Positions 1 through 12,205 of a stretch of DNA of 64,000 nt are shown one piece after another. Location of the stretch: NCBI GenBank assembly GCA_002269645.1, contig NIVC01002166.1, positions 42,744 to 106,743 on the forward strand. The letters are read 5' to 3'. The stretch's first letter is position 1. The number at the start of each line of letters is the position of its first letter. This stretch comes from Macrostomum lignano (Eukaryota). The translations under genes and the position numbers were made by a program. The notes under the pieces are model-generated. The model did not search any database. It was not told the DNA's origin and was given only the letters and a program-made list of their open reading frames with translations.

Positions 1-430
1 TGGGTTGCCCGTGTGGTGGGTTGCCCATGTGGTAGGTTGCCCCTGTAGTAGGTTGTCCATGTGGTAGGTTGCCCCTGTAGTAGGTTGCCCATGTAGTAGG
101 TTGCCCATGTAGTAGGTTGTCCATGTGGTAGGTTGCCCCTGTAGTAGGTTGCCCCTGTAGTAGGTTGCCCCTGTATTAGGTTGCCAATGTGGTAGGTTGC
201 TCATGTGGTAGGTTGCCCGTGTGGTGGGTTGCCCATGTGGTAGGTTGCCCGTGTGGTGGGTTGCCTATGTGGTGGGTTGCTCATGTGGTGGTTTGCCCGT
301 GTGATGGGTTGCCTATGTGGTGGGTTGCCCGTGTGATGGGTTGCCCATGTGGTGGGTTGCCCGTGTGATGGGTTGCCCATGTGGTGGGTTGCCCATGTGG
401 TGGGTTGCCCGTGTGATGGGTTGATAACCT
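1..430. repeat. Tandem minisatellite, 16-bp unit (GTTGCCCRTGTGGTRG), runs off the window start
   Basis: Directly visible periodic unit; ORF 281..505 is its translation. Confidence 0.9.
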
Positions 431-1114
431 AGTAGATGGGACTGGGACTGGATGGGCTGCCCACCAAACAGATTCAATCAGATTTTCTTTAGAAATTGAT
501 TGCACATTCTGTAATTATCATTGAGCAACACCCCGTGATTTCTTTCACATGTAAACAATGCTCATATTGCCGTATTGTAATTTGCAGTCTAATTATATTC
601 AGCCCTTTTCGTGTTTTTTGTCCTTCTCAGCTTGTTTCGTCTTCTGTTACACTTTGATTATCCCCAATGCGCTACTTGTAAGTAGAGAATCTGGTGTTTT
701 TATCGCAGCATATATTGCTGTTCCATATTTACACGCAAGAAATGTCCCCAATCAGATGGAATTCCTAATTCTATAATTTTACGCACCTTTTTTAGCTTGC
801 CAGCTTTTCTAAGAATAATTTCACTTGGCACAAACTATTCTGCCCATGTCCGATATGCACTACTGGGAATCTCTAAGTAGTCCGATGCAAGTTTCATACT
901 TTTTGCACGGTAATAATGACACTGTTTGTATGCTAATTCGGTTAGATCTTCCAGCTGCCTGGTTCTATTCTCAGATTCATTTTATTTTCAATAAAACTTT
1001 CCAATTGAATTGGTATGAACGGATGCTACTTTCATGTCATTTAGATTTGCGATGCTAATCCTTGTATTGACAAATTCTTAGAGACAATCTTTGCATTCAC
1101 GTCTAGAGGTGCTT

Positions 1115-2632
1115 ATTGATTCACTCTTGATTTACTTTCAGAGTCACACTTTTTGATTCACTCTAAAAGGTATTCTGATTCACTCCTCGAGTCACTCTAG
1201 TAATCTCTCTTGGTTTCACTCTTTGGAGTCACCCTAATTCACTCTTAGAGTCATCTTGGATTCACTCGCGAGTCACTCTTTTGTTCAATGCCAGATTCAC
1301 TATTAGTTATTTGAGTCACTCTTGATTCACTACTAGTTACTTGAGTCACTCCTTGATTCACTCCTAGAGTCACTCTCATTCCCTAGAGTCACTCTGATTC
1401 ACTCCTAGAGTAACTCTGACTCACTCCTAAAATCGACTCTGATTCACTCCTAAAGCCACTCTGATTCACTCCGAAAGTCACTATGATTCATCCCTAGAGT
1501 CACTCTGATTCATCCCTAGCGTCACTCTGATTCACTCTTAAAGTAACTCTGATTCACCCTAGAGTCACTCTGATTCACTCCTAAAGTCACTCTGATTCAC
1601 TCCTAAAGTCACTCTAATTCACTTCTAAAGTCACTCTGATTCACTCCTAAAGTCGCTCTGATTCACTCCTAAAGTCACTCTGATTCACTCCTAAAGTCGC
1701 TCTGATTCACTCCTAAAGTCACTCTGATTCACTCCTAAAGTCACTCTGATTCACTCTTAAAGTCACTCTGATTCACTCCTAAAGTCACTCTGATTCACTC
1801 CTAAAGTCGCTCTGATTCACTCCTAAAGTCACTCTGATTCACTCCTAAAGTCACTCTGATTCACTCTTAAAGTCACTCTGATTCACTCCTAAAGTCACTC
1901 TGATTCACTCCTAAAGTCACTCTGATTCACTCCTAAAGTCACTCTGATTCACTCCTAAAGTCACTCTGATTCACTCCTAAAGTCGCTCTGATTCACTCCT
2001 AAAGTCACTCTGATTCACTCCTAAAGTCACTCTGATTCACTCCTAAAGTCACTCTGATTCACTCCTAAAGTCGCTCTGATTCACTCCTAAAGTCACTCTG
2101 ATTCACTCCTAAAGTCACTCTGATTCACTCCTAAAGTCACTCTGATTCATCCCTAGAGTCACTCTGATTCACTCTTAAAGTCACTCTGATTCACTCCTAA
2201 AGTCACTCTGATTCACTCCTAAAGTCACTCTGATTCATCCTAGAGTCACTCTGATTCACTCTTAAAGTCACTCTGATTCACTCCTAAAGTCACTCTGATT
2301 CACTTCTAAAGTCACTCTGATTCACTTCTAAAGTCACTCTGATTCACTCCTAAAGTCACTCTGATTCATCCCTAGAGTCACTCTGATTCACTCTTAAAGT
2401 CACTCTGATTCACTCCTAAAGTCACTCTGATTCACTCCTAAAGTCACTCTGATTCACTCCTAAAGTCACTCTGATTCACTCCTAAAGTCACTCTGATTCG
2501 CTCGCGAGTCACTCTTTGATTCCAATCGCAAATTCAGTCCTAGAGCCACTGATTCACTCCTGGAGTCACTCTTATGTTCAATCCTAGAGTCACTCTTATG
2601 TTCAATCCTAGAGTCACTCTATGATTCACTCG
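1115..2632. repeat. Tandem minisatellite, 22-bp unit (CACTCTGATTCACTCCTAAAGT), degenerate at both ends
   Basis: Dozens of near-identical units in the core; ends ~17 nt before the USP ATG. Confidence 0.95.
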
Positions 2633-2648
2633 CGCCCGCAGCGAGCCC

Positions 2649-3525
2649 ATGGGTGCCTACCTAAGCAGCAGCGCAGCCGCCACGGCCGCTGCCTCATCTG
2701 CCGAGTCCGGCAACCCGCTAAACAGCGGCATTCCGCGCACGCATCGCCGAGTCCTGATCGCCATTGACGAATCGCTGGGCGCTCAAAAAGCCTTCGATTT
2801 CTGGAGCGGCGTGGCGCGCAGTCAGGATGACAGCATCCTGCTGGTGAACGCTGTGGAGGTGCCGAACGTGCCGACCGGACTGCTGCTGTCCCCCACCGGG
2901 TAGGCCGTGCAGACAGGGTTGAGCAGTGCTTGACGAATAACTTTTGAATTTTGAATTTGAAAACTATTAAAACAAATCTCTCATATACCCACAAAATACT
3001 AAGACAGTACAAGAGAATCTTCCTCAGTCAGCTTTGAGATCAGACATTATCCAGCTTTGAGAACAGCCATTAACCAGCTTTGAGAACAGCCATTAACCAG
3101 CTTTGAGAACAGCCATTAACCAGCTTTGAGAACAGCCATTAACCAGCTTTGAGAACAGCCATTAACCAGCTTTGAGAACAGCCATTAACCAACAATAAGA
3201 AGCTGTTAATGAACTCGAGTCTCCCAAATTCCGCAGCTCATTTGACTACTCGGAGTACCAGAAGCAGACTCAGCCGCTGCTGGAACGGGCCCAGCGACTC
3301 AAGGCCAACATGATGGCCAAATGCGAGCAGCGCAAGCTTCGCTGCAAGTTCATCACGGAGGTTGGCAGCCCGGCAACTGCTGTGCTTGACGCGGCTAAGA
3401 CCTTCTCAGCCTCGGTCATTGTAGTTGGCTGCTGCGGTCACAAGAACCACTTGTTGGGCTCGGTTAGCAACTATATTCTGCAGCACTCCTGCCGGCCTGT
3501 GGTCATTGTGCCCCGGTTCGACTGA
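2649..3525 (+). CDS. Universal stress protein (UspA/USP domain), 2 exons 2649-2899 and 3237-3525, 179 aa
   Basis: RVLIAIDES N-terminal strand; GSPATAVLDAAKTFSASVIVVG..G...LLGSVSNYILQHSCRPVVIVP C-terminal USP signature; phase-2 intron GG|GTAGG...CCGCAG|C joins both ORF pieces in frame. Confidence 0.92.
3051..3190. repeat. Tandem repeat, 23-bp unit (CAGCTTTGAGAACAGCCATTAAC), inside the USP intron
   Basis: About 6 direct copies. Confidence 0.9.
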
Positions 3526-3699
3526 ACTGCAGCTGGGATAACCTTGAATTGACTGATAGGTGGGTGCAGGCTGATTGCTTTGCACTTTGTTGCTTTGAGA
3601 AGGTCTGCTAATCTGTTGCCTAAATGTCATGTGATGTGATGTATATTCGCCTTACCAATGAGTTAGCGGAAAATTATGGTTAAGGTTTAAAGTTATATT

Positions 3700-4085
3700 C
3701 CAGCCAATCAGAGACGAGATCAGTCTAGCTTAGAGCAAGCATCCAGCCAATCAGAAACGAGATCAGTCTAGCTTAGAGCAAGCATCCAACCAATCAGAGA
3801 CGAGATCAGTGTAGCTTAGCTAGCTTCCAGCCAATCTGAGACGAGATCAGTCTAGCCTAGCTAGTTTCCAGCCAATCAGAGACGAGATCAATCTAGCTTA
3901 GCTAGTTTCCAGCCAATCAGAGACGAGATCAGTCTAGCTTAGCTAGTTTCCAGCCAATCAGAGACGAGATCAGTCTAGCCTAGCTAGTTTCCAGCCAATC
4001 AGAGACGAGATCAGTCTAGCCTAGCTAGTTTCCAGCCAATCAGAGACGAGATCTGCCGTCTAGATTAGTTTTTCCAGCTAATCAG
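3700..4085. repeat. Tandem repeat, ~41-bp unit (CCAGCCAATCAGAGACGAGATCAGTCTAGCCTAGCTAGTTT)
   Basis: About 9 copies, most carrying CCAATCAG. Confidence 0.9.
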
Positions 4086-4675
4086 AACTTCCGTTTAAAC
4101 TCCAATTAAAATTCCAATCATGTTTATTTTCAATAGCAGATTTTAAGAAAGTAGTTGACATTTCGTGTGTAGTTTATTTTTACTTGATCCATTTTTGTTA
4201 TATACTATTCTGTAAAATACTTTCGATCTCAGAGTGTTGCGTTATTTATATTTATATTTAAGAGTAGTAAAATTTTCATCTTGTTTTAGTAATCGCTGTT
4301 TTAATTTTATACCATAGTTCCATGCTATAAAATGGAATAATAATTCCATACTATACCTTGCAGCCTTTGCTTAAACCATTATACCGAGTAATTTTTAATA
4401 CTATGCTTTTACCACTGTGATATGTAAATCTATTTATCATGGGAATACAAGTTATTAGTACACTAACAGGCTAATCCGTTCTGTTTGCTGTGCAGTTTTC
4501 TGGTTACCAGCCGCACTATATATCAAATTAATACGCACATTAAACTGACAGCTGATTTATTCTCTATCTCCGTCACTTTCTCTTGTTTTTGAAAGGAGGG
4601 TACGAGCAGCATTGTGGAGGTTTAGTGTGGAGGATGAGGATGAGATTAGGTCAGAAGAAAGTAGTGGAAGTGTAA

Positions 4676-6160
4676 AGAGGGGCAGGGTGGATACAGGGGC
4701 GATAGAGGGGCAGGGTGGATAGAGGGGCAGGGAAGATAGAGGGGCAGGGTGGATAGAGGGGCAGGGAGATAGAGGGGCAGGGAGGATAGAGGGGCAGGGA
4801 AGATAGAGGGGCAGGGAAGATAGAGGGGCAGGGAGGATACAGGGGCGATAGAGGGGCAGGGAGGATAGAGGGGCAGGGTGGATAGAGGGGCAGGAAGATA
4901 GAGGGGCAGGGTGGATAGAGGGGCAGGAAGATAGAGGGGCAGGGTGGATAGAGGGGCAGGAAGATAGAGGGGCAGGGAGGATAGAGGGGCAGGGAAGATA
5001 GAGGGGCAGGGTGGATAGAGGGGCAGGGAGATAGAGGGGCAGGGAGGATAGAGGGGCAGGGAAGATAGAGGGGCAGGGAAGATAGAGGGGCAGGGAGGAT
5101 ACAGGGGCGATAGAAGGGCAGGGAGGATAGAGGGGCAGGGTGGATAGAGGGGCAGGAAGATAGAGGGGCAGGGTGGATAGAGGGGCAGGAAGATAGAGGG
5201 GCAGGGAGGATAGAGGGGCAGGGAAGATAGAGGGGCAGGGTGGATAGAGGGGCAGGGAGATAGAGGGGCAGGGAGGATAGAGGGGCAGGGAAGATAGAGG
5301 GGCAGGGTGGATAGAGGGGCAGGAAGATAGAGGGGCAGGGAAGATAGAGGGGCAGGAAGATAGAGGGGCAGGAAGGATAGAGGGGCAGGGAAGATAGAGG
5401 GGCAGGGTGGATAGAGGGGCAGGGAGATAGAGGGGCAGGGAAGATAGAGAGGCAGGGAAGATAGAGGGGCAGGGAGGATACAGGGGCGATAGAGAGGCAG
5501 GGAGGATAGAGGGGCAGGGTGGATAGAGGGGCAGGAAGATAGAGGGGCAGGAAGATAGAGGGGCAGGGTGGATAGAGGGGCAGGAAGATAGAGGGGCAGG
5601 GTGGATAGAGGGGCAGGAAGATAGAGGGGCAGGGAGGATAGAGGGGCAGGGAAGATAGAGGGGCAGGGTGGATAGAGGGGCAGGGAGATAGAGGGGCAGG
5701 GAGGATAGAGGGGCAGGGAAGATAGAGGGGCAGGGAGGATACAGGGGCGATAGAGGGACAGGGAGGATAGAGGGGCAGGGTGGATAGAGGGGCAGGAAGA
5801 TAGAGGGGCAGGGAGGATACAGGGGCGATAGAGGGACAGGGAGGATAGAGGGGCAGGGTGGATAGAGGGGCAGGAAGATAGAGGGGCAGGGAGGATAGAG
5901 GGGCAGGGAAGATAGAGGGGCAGGGAGGATACAGGGGCGATAGAGGGGCAGGGAGGATAGAGGGGCAGGGAAGATAGAGGGGCAGGGAGGATACAGGGGC
6001 GATAGAGGGCCAGGGAGGATAGAGGGGCAGGGTGGATAGAGGGGCAGGAAGATAGAGGGGCAGGGAGGATAGAGGGGCAGGGAAGATAGAGGGGCAGGGA
6101 GGATACAGGGGCGATAGAGGGGCAGGGAGGATACAGGGGCGATAGAGGGGCAGGGAAGAT
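4676..6160. repeat. Purine/G-rich tandem array, 17-19-bp unit (GATAGAGGGGCAGGGARG)
   Basis: Visible periodicity; source of the spurious 540-aa Pro-rich ORF. Confidence 0.95.
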
Positions 6161-6709
6161 AGGGGGGTAGGGAGGTTAGAGGGGTAGGGATGATAGAGGA
6201 AGTATAGAGGGAATGGGACTATTACAGAGGCTGGGAGAGTGGCAGGGGTATAAACAGGAGCATGACAAGTCAATCTGCTCTACAAGTGCATCAAGGGAGA
6301 GCGGTTATTCGCAGCTCAGCATCGCAGAGTGCCTCCCGGGAGTTGGCATGGAACTGGCCGGATAAATTCAAATGTTTTTGCTGAGCCTGCGCTTAAAAAG
6401 CGGAATTTTTCGAGCCGTCGTTTTTTCACTTCGCAGCGGAGAGTCGGGCAGCCATTTCCCAATTAGCATGGGAGCGGCAGGGCTGGGCTGGGAACATCAA
6501 AATGAAGCCGTTTTAGTCCGGCTGGCGATTTCAGGGACTGCGCTGTCCGTGTGCCGAGCTGATTGTGAATTCTGCTGCTGCGATTCGGGATTAGTCTAGA
6601 CAGATGAAGTGCTGGGAGGCTGGCTGCACTGGCTCGGGTGCATTGCCGGTTCAGTGGACTCGCGCCTGAGGTGATCGGGATGGCTCGAGAGCTGCAAATT
6701 TAGAGGTCG

Positions 6710-7450
6710 GAGTGATTCTCAAGATGCTGTAGGAGTGATTCTCAAGATGCTGTAGGAGTGATTCTCAAGATGCTGTAGGAGCGATTCTCAAGTTGCTGTA
6801 GGAGCGATTCTCAAGTTGCTGTAGGAGCGATTCTCAAGATGTTGTATGGGCGATTCTCATGATGTTGTAGGGGCGATTCTCATGATGATGTAGGGGCGAT
6901 TCTCATGATGCTGTAGGGGCGATTCTCATGATGTTGTAGGGGCGATTCTCATGATGATGTAGGGGCGATTCTCATGATGATGTAGGGGCGATTCTCATGA
7001 TGATGTAGGGGCGATTCTCATTTTGTTGTAGGGGCGATTCTCATGATGTTGTAGGAGTGATTCTCATGATGCTGTAGGGGCGATTCTCATGATGTTGTAG
7101 GGGCGATTCTCATGATGATGTAGGGGCGATTCTCATTTTGTTGTAGGGGCGATTCTCATGATGATGTAGGGGCGATTCTCATGATGCTGTAGGGGCGATT
7201 CTCATGATGTTGTAGGGGCGATTCTCATGATGTTGTAGGGGCGATTCTCATGATGATGTAGGGGCGATTCTCATGATGATGTAGGGGCGATTCTCATGAT
7301 GATGTAGGGGCGATTCTCATTTTGTTGTAGGGGCGATTCTCATGATGTTGTAGGAGTGATTCTCATGATGCTGTAGGGGCGATTCTCATGATGTTGTAGG
7401 GGCGATTCTCATGATGATGTAGGGGCGATTCTCATGATGCTGTAGGGGCT
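6710..7450. repeat. Tandem minisatellite, 23-bp unit (GGGGCGATTCTCATGATGTTGTA)
   Basis: About 30 direct copies. Confidence 0.93.
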
Positions 7451-8319
7451 GTTTTCAAGTTGCCGTACTGGCAACTCTCTAAGTGGTTTAGGGACATTCC
7501 GCAGTTTGGTTTAAGGGTGATTAAATATTAAGGCAAGGTTAGGGGTTTTGGCAAGTATATAAAAGCGATCTTATAGAAAAAATTAAAAATCAGAAAATAG
7601 TATTCCAAATTCAGAATGACTTCAACTGTGCTGTGTCACGTCCTTCAATCCTGTTATGTAATTATTAAAATATAAGCAGGTGCTGCCATGGGTTATCTTT
7701 AGCTTAAGATTTGGGCCAAAAATGAACCAGAAACAGCATATATTAGTTGGGGAGAAGTGGGAGTGGTTGTTAGAGATGAGAGCTGATGTGACTCATTTCA
7801 GCCGAAATCAAAAGGAAACAATGGCTTGGGAAACCGGCCACTTGTTCAAGCAGTTGGTGGGGTGGGGGGGGTTGCCGCTGCAATCTGCAATTTTGCTTTG
7901 GCAAACGGATCGCTGCAGTCTGACAAATTTGCTTGCAGGGGGGGAGCTGATTGGTGTTTAATTTTAGCCATTGGCAAGCCCGATTTGGGCGTTGGCGCCG
8001 GCGGTCGCTGCATTTTGAATTGATGCCAGCTTTGCACTTTAGGCGCTGATACAATGGGCTGACGGCACCACTGCCGGCCTGCGACAGTTGGACATTGGCT
8101 GCCTTCGGATTCCATTGTACATTGTCTTTTACATTGTACTCTTAAGTTCTATACCAAGCCCGATGGCGCTAAACAAGTAGTATGAAGATGCACACGTCTT
8201 TTTGCCACCAGTGAACGGGCTTCTTTTTAGACGTGGGTCTTCATACTACTTGACAAACCTAGTTTTGTACCGATGAAAAAAAACTTTGAGAAGCTCAAGA
8301 AAATGAAAATCGGTTTCTC

Positions 8320-8760
8320 TCCTCTCTAATCTCTCTCTCTAGTCTCCCCTCTCCTCTCGCTTCTCTCTTATCTCCTCTTTTCTCTTCTTCCTCTATTCTC
8401 TTTCGTTTCCTCTCTCATCTGGCCAGCAGCCATGAACTGGAATCTTCTAGAATAGGCCCTCGATCTAAAAAATTGTCTAAGTCTCCAGAGCGTTGAAGGG
8501 TTATACCACCCCATTAAGCTGGTTGTTTCGGCGCAAGATCTTCTTAGCATCAGCTTAAGTGCTTGGAAAGTCAGGCCAGTTTTGTGGGACATATTATAAT
8601 ACTCGTACTCTCAATTAGATTGTACACTAAACTGGCATAGATACCCTAAGCCTCTTCCTCTTCTCCAACGGGGTTGCAAAGAAAGCTATAAATAAAGTCA
8701 TTTCAAAACACTGTACATTGCTACTGTATAAGCCGTATCTCACCTTTTGGTCTGGGGAAG
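8320..8760 (-). mobile_element. Probable degraded 3' end of a non-LTR retrotransposon with a (GA)n tail
   Basis: Broken minus-strand frames give WRRGRGLGYLC and DLDNFLDRGP..SSSWL, resembling C-termini of L2/CR1-group ORF2; ends in a GA-rich tract. Confidence 0.3.
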
Positions 8761-10357
8761 GGATTGTAAACGTAGTGACTTGGAACTTGCCACCCGCTAA
8801 ACTTTGTCAATTTAAATGTGCAGTTAAAGAGCTAAATTTTAATACAAAATTCTAATCACGTGACGCCTGTTTATCGATCTAATTTTCCTTGGTCTGTGCG
8901 CGAAGCAAATAAAGCTTTATTGACGCCCCTCCGGCCCAAGCCCTCACGTCGTCACTCGTCAGTCCCCCCCCCGCTTAGAAGGACGGAAGTGTACATTGTA
9001 TGTACGATTATTCCTTCCCTTCCTTTCCTTTCTAACCAGCTTAACTCGGCCCCACGCCAAAGCCATGCAAGCAATCGCATGCAAATGCAAATTATGCAAT
9101 GCGGTATTTCATATGCAGCATAATCTGATGAATTTTGGTGCAAAAAGGCATTTTTTACCTCAAAAGAACAACGAATGGTTATGAAACTCAAGAAATTTGC
9201 TAAATTAACTGTATAGAACACTGTGTATTGGTTTCAGTGCAAAATTCCTACCATTTCCCGGTTAATTACGAGCGTAGCCCCGGAAGTAGCAAAAGTGTCA
9301 CAAATCAAGTTTTCAGTTTTTTATCGATAATTTTTTACCCAATGAACCGAATCTCTAGAAATTGCACACAAATAGGCCTCGTTATGTGGGAAATCAGGCG
9401 TCATAAAAATATTGCCGTCCTATTGCGTTTTTTGCCTGATTTCAAGCCAAATATTAAAAAATCACTACTCTGATCGATTTCCAATCACTTTTGACACAAG
9501 AGCACTTGTTGCAGACACTCAAAAACTTGGTCAATTAAAGCCCGACATTAGTACAACTAATTGCAGTGTCCGCATTTGATCTACCATTCTTCCATCCATT
9601 TTTCGGGCACCGAATCAGCCAAAATTCACAAATTATCGATTTCTGATCGATTTTCCAACCCGAAAGCATCGAAATCAGACGGCGGCAATTTATAGTACAG
9701 CAACTTTGCTGTAGAAATTTGAAATCGGCTTTATTCGCACCATGTTCTCAAAATTATAATGAGCAATAATGCGAAACTCATGTGATTTTTTGAAAAATCG
9801 ATTCTTGTAGATTTTCTCAGCACTGCAGAATCGTAGGAAAACAAAACTTTAGACACTTGTAGATATTTGCATTGCGCATCTAACTGCACTGCTTTGAAGC
9901 CGAAACTCAAAAAGCTTCGTAGGAAAAAGTGGGGAGATAATAAAATGAGGGTATTTTTTTACCCAAAAAAACCCACCAAAACTGAATAAAGATGTCGAAA
10001 TAAATTAAAGCGCCATATACCATTTTGTAGTAAATTTAGTTTTACAACTTTGATCCTCAGATGTCGAAGCCGTATCTCGTTAAGGTGTACCAGAATTTTG
10101 AGATCTCCCAGAAGCACTTTTGAAAAAATCGTCTTTCCACTTAATTTACGGCTTAGTAATAAAATCTCTGCACTTAAAAGTATATTCATTCGATAGATCT
10201 AAAAGTTTTCTATCGATCGACACCTCACTCAACTCAATCGGTGCAGTGGTTGCAAAAAAGGAGCATTTTTTGGCGAAAAAACGTGAAATTTAAAAATGCA
10301 TGGGAGTCTAACTTATTTACCGGCGGCGCCGGACTCGGCTCGTTCACTGGTGGAACT

Positions 10358-10900
10358 AGAGCTGGTATAGACATCACAACTAGAGCTGGTATAGGCATCA
10401 CAACTAGAGCTGGTATAGGCATCACAACTAGAGCTGGTATAGGCATCACAACTAGAGCTGGTATAGGCATCACAACTAGAGCTGGTATAGGCATCACAAC
10501 TAGAGCTGGTATAGGCATCACAACTAGAGCTGGTATAGGCATCACAACTAGAGCTGGTATAGGCATCACAACTAGAGCTGGTATAGGCATCACAACTAGA
10601 GCTGGTATAGGCATCACAACTAGAGCTGGTATAGACATCACAACTAGAGCTGGTATAGGCATCACAACTAGAGCTGGTATATATAGACATCACAACTAGA
10701 GCTGGTATAGGCATCACAACTAGAGCTGGTATAGGCATCACAACTAGAGCTGGTATAGGCATCACAACTAGAGCTGGTATAGGCATCACAACTAGAGCTG
10801 GTATAGGCATCACAACTAGAGCTGGTATAGGCATCACAACTAGAGCTGGTATAGGCATCACAACTAGAGCTGGTATAGGCATCACAACTAGAGCTGGTAT
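10358..10900. repeat. Tandem minisatellite, 24-bp unit (AGAGCTGGTATAGGCATCACAACT)
   Basis: About 22 copies; 8-aa periodic ORFs on both strands. Confidence 0.95.
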
Positions 10901-11973
10901 AGACGCCAAACAGCCGGGGCCTCTGATATCGAATGTCAGACTGGCCCAGTTGAGTATAAATTAGCCATTGCCCGATGAAAATCGCAGGCAGGCTGTTGTG
11001 CGCAGCTTCCTGTTATTTCTGCTCGATGCTTTCAGGTGCAAATAATTGTAAGCCATAAAAGCGGAGGATTTACGCTGCTTTTAGCTGATGGGGACGGACC
11101 GGCATCCTTCATCATGCTTGCTTGGGATCGAGTGGAGTTGTGGGTGCCCGGGTTTGCAGATCAAACGAGTGGCAGCCCACATCTCCTTAATTGAGTTATC
11201 AACACGGCTGCCCCTGTGCTCAGATATCGCCGATTTGCAATAAATATCCCATATCCCCATTTTTTGCTTCTCCTCCCATGGGGTCCCGGCCGGTTTCAGA
11301 CCCCCCAGTAAAAGGCTTGTAGGGGAATGATGACGAGAGGCGTCAAATAAAGATGCTAACAAAATCGGCAGATCAGCAGACAGCTCAGAGCTAATTATTC
11401 GTTCCGGTCAAGCGCGGGTTGTTAAAGTGCGCCCAAATGCAGCAGAGGCTGAATCAATATTTCAAGTTTGCACTAATTTATTTTTGGCCCGCTTGCGTGT
11501 TTGCCATCGCCTGCCTGCTACAGTCAGCATTGCTATTATTACCATGATGACTCAAGCCCGATTGCTGCGGAGTCCGGGCTTGAGCACGTGTGTGGGCGGC
11601 TGCTCTCGGTTGCTGGGAGACCGACAGTAGAGAAAGGAAACTAGCAACGTCGCTGACAATACCATCCGGTTGCTACGAGAGTTTCAAACTCCTATGAAGA
11701 GACGAAGAGCCACTGTGTCTCGTAAAGTGGCGATCGATACCGGATCCGGAATGGTAAAGATTCTATTTTAATCATAGATTCATAGACCAGGAAGTTCAAC
11801 CATAGACAATCAATCCTGGCGCTGGAGAGGAGATTGCAACTGAAAGCTACGAGTATAATAGTTGCCACTATAAAAAAACAAAAAAATGAATTTCTTTCAC
11901 CTTAGACCTAAAGGTGATTTTGCCATAGAAAAAATCAATTCTGTTCGCTTGATCGTGAAAGACTGATCAATTG

Positions 11974-12205
11974 ACGTATTCTCACCGATTGGGGCTACGT
12001 AAATTAAAATTGCTACTCAACTCCAACCTGAGCACCGCACTTACAAGGGGGGCTTCAGGACGCACCCACACAAGGCTTCACCAGAGTCTGGACGCAGTGG
12101 TACAGCCTGGGGCTGGCACACATTGGCCGGTACGCCTCGGTAAGCTCTGGCGGGTCTTAATTCGATTGCTCTAGATTGAGTTAAGTAAGAGACCGTCTTT
12201 CCGGC
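11974..12205 (-). ncRNA. Candidate spliced-leader-related snRNA-like gene
   Basis: Begins GCCGGAAAGACGGTCTCTTACT-TAACTCAATCTAGAGCA, near-identical to the Macrostomum SL 5' half as recalled; U-rich Sm-like site AATTTTAATTT (12011-12001) between two short hairpins; no AUG|GU donor. Confidence 0.5.

Noticed and set aside
4651-6273. 540-aa Pro-rich ORF
   Set aside because: Translation of the G-rich tandem array; no unique sequence or splice context
10234-10909. TRAGIGIT / YTSSSCDA repeat proteins
   Set aside because: 24-bp unit without stops is open in several frames by arithmetic; no evidence of a gene
11974-12205. Assignment of the SL-like element to U1, U2, U4, U5, U6, U11, U12 or telomerase RNA
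   Set aside because: None of their conserved functional motifs nor a CCCTAA template is in the expected place
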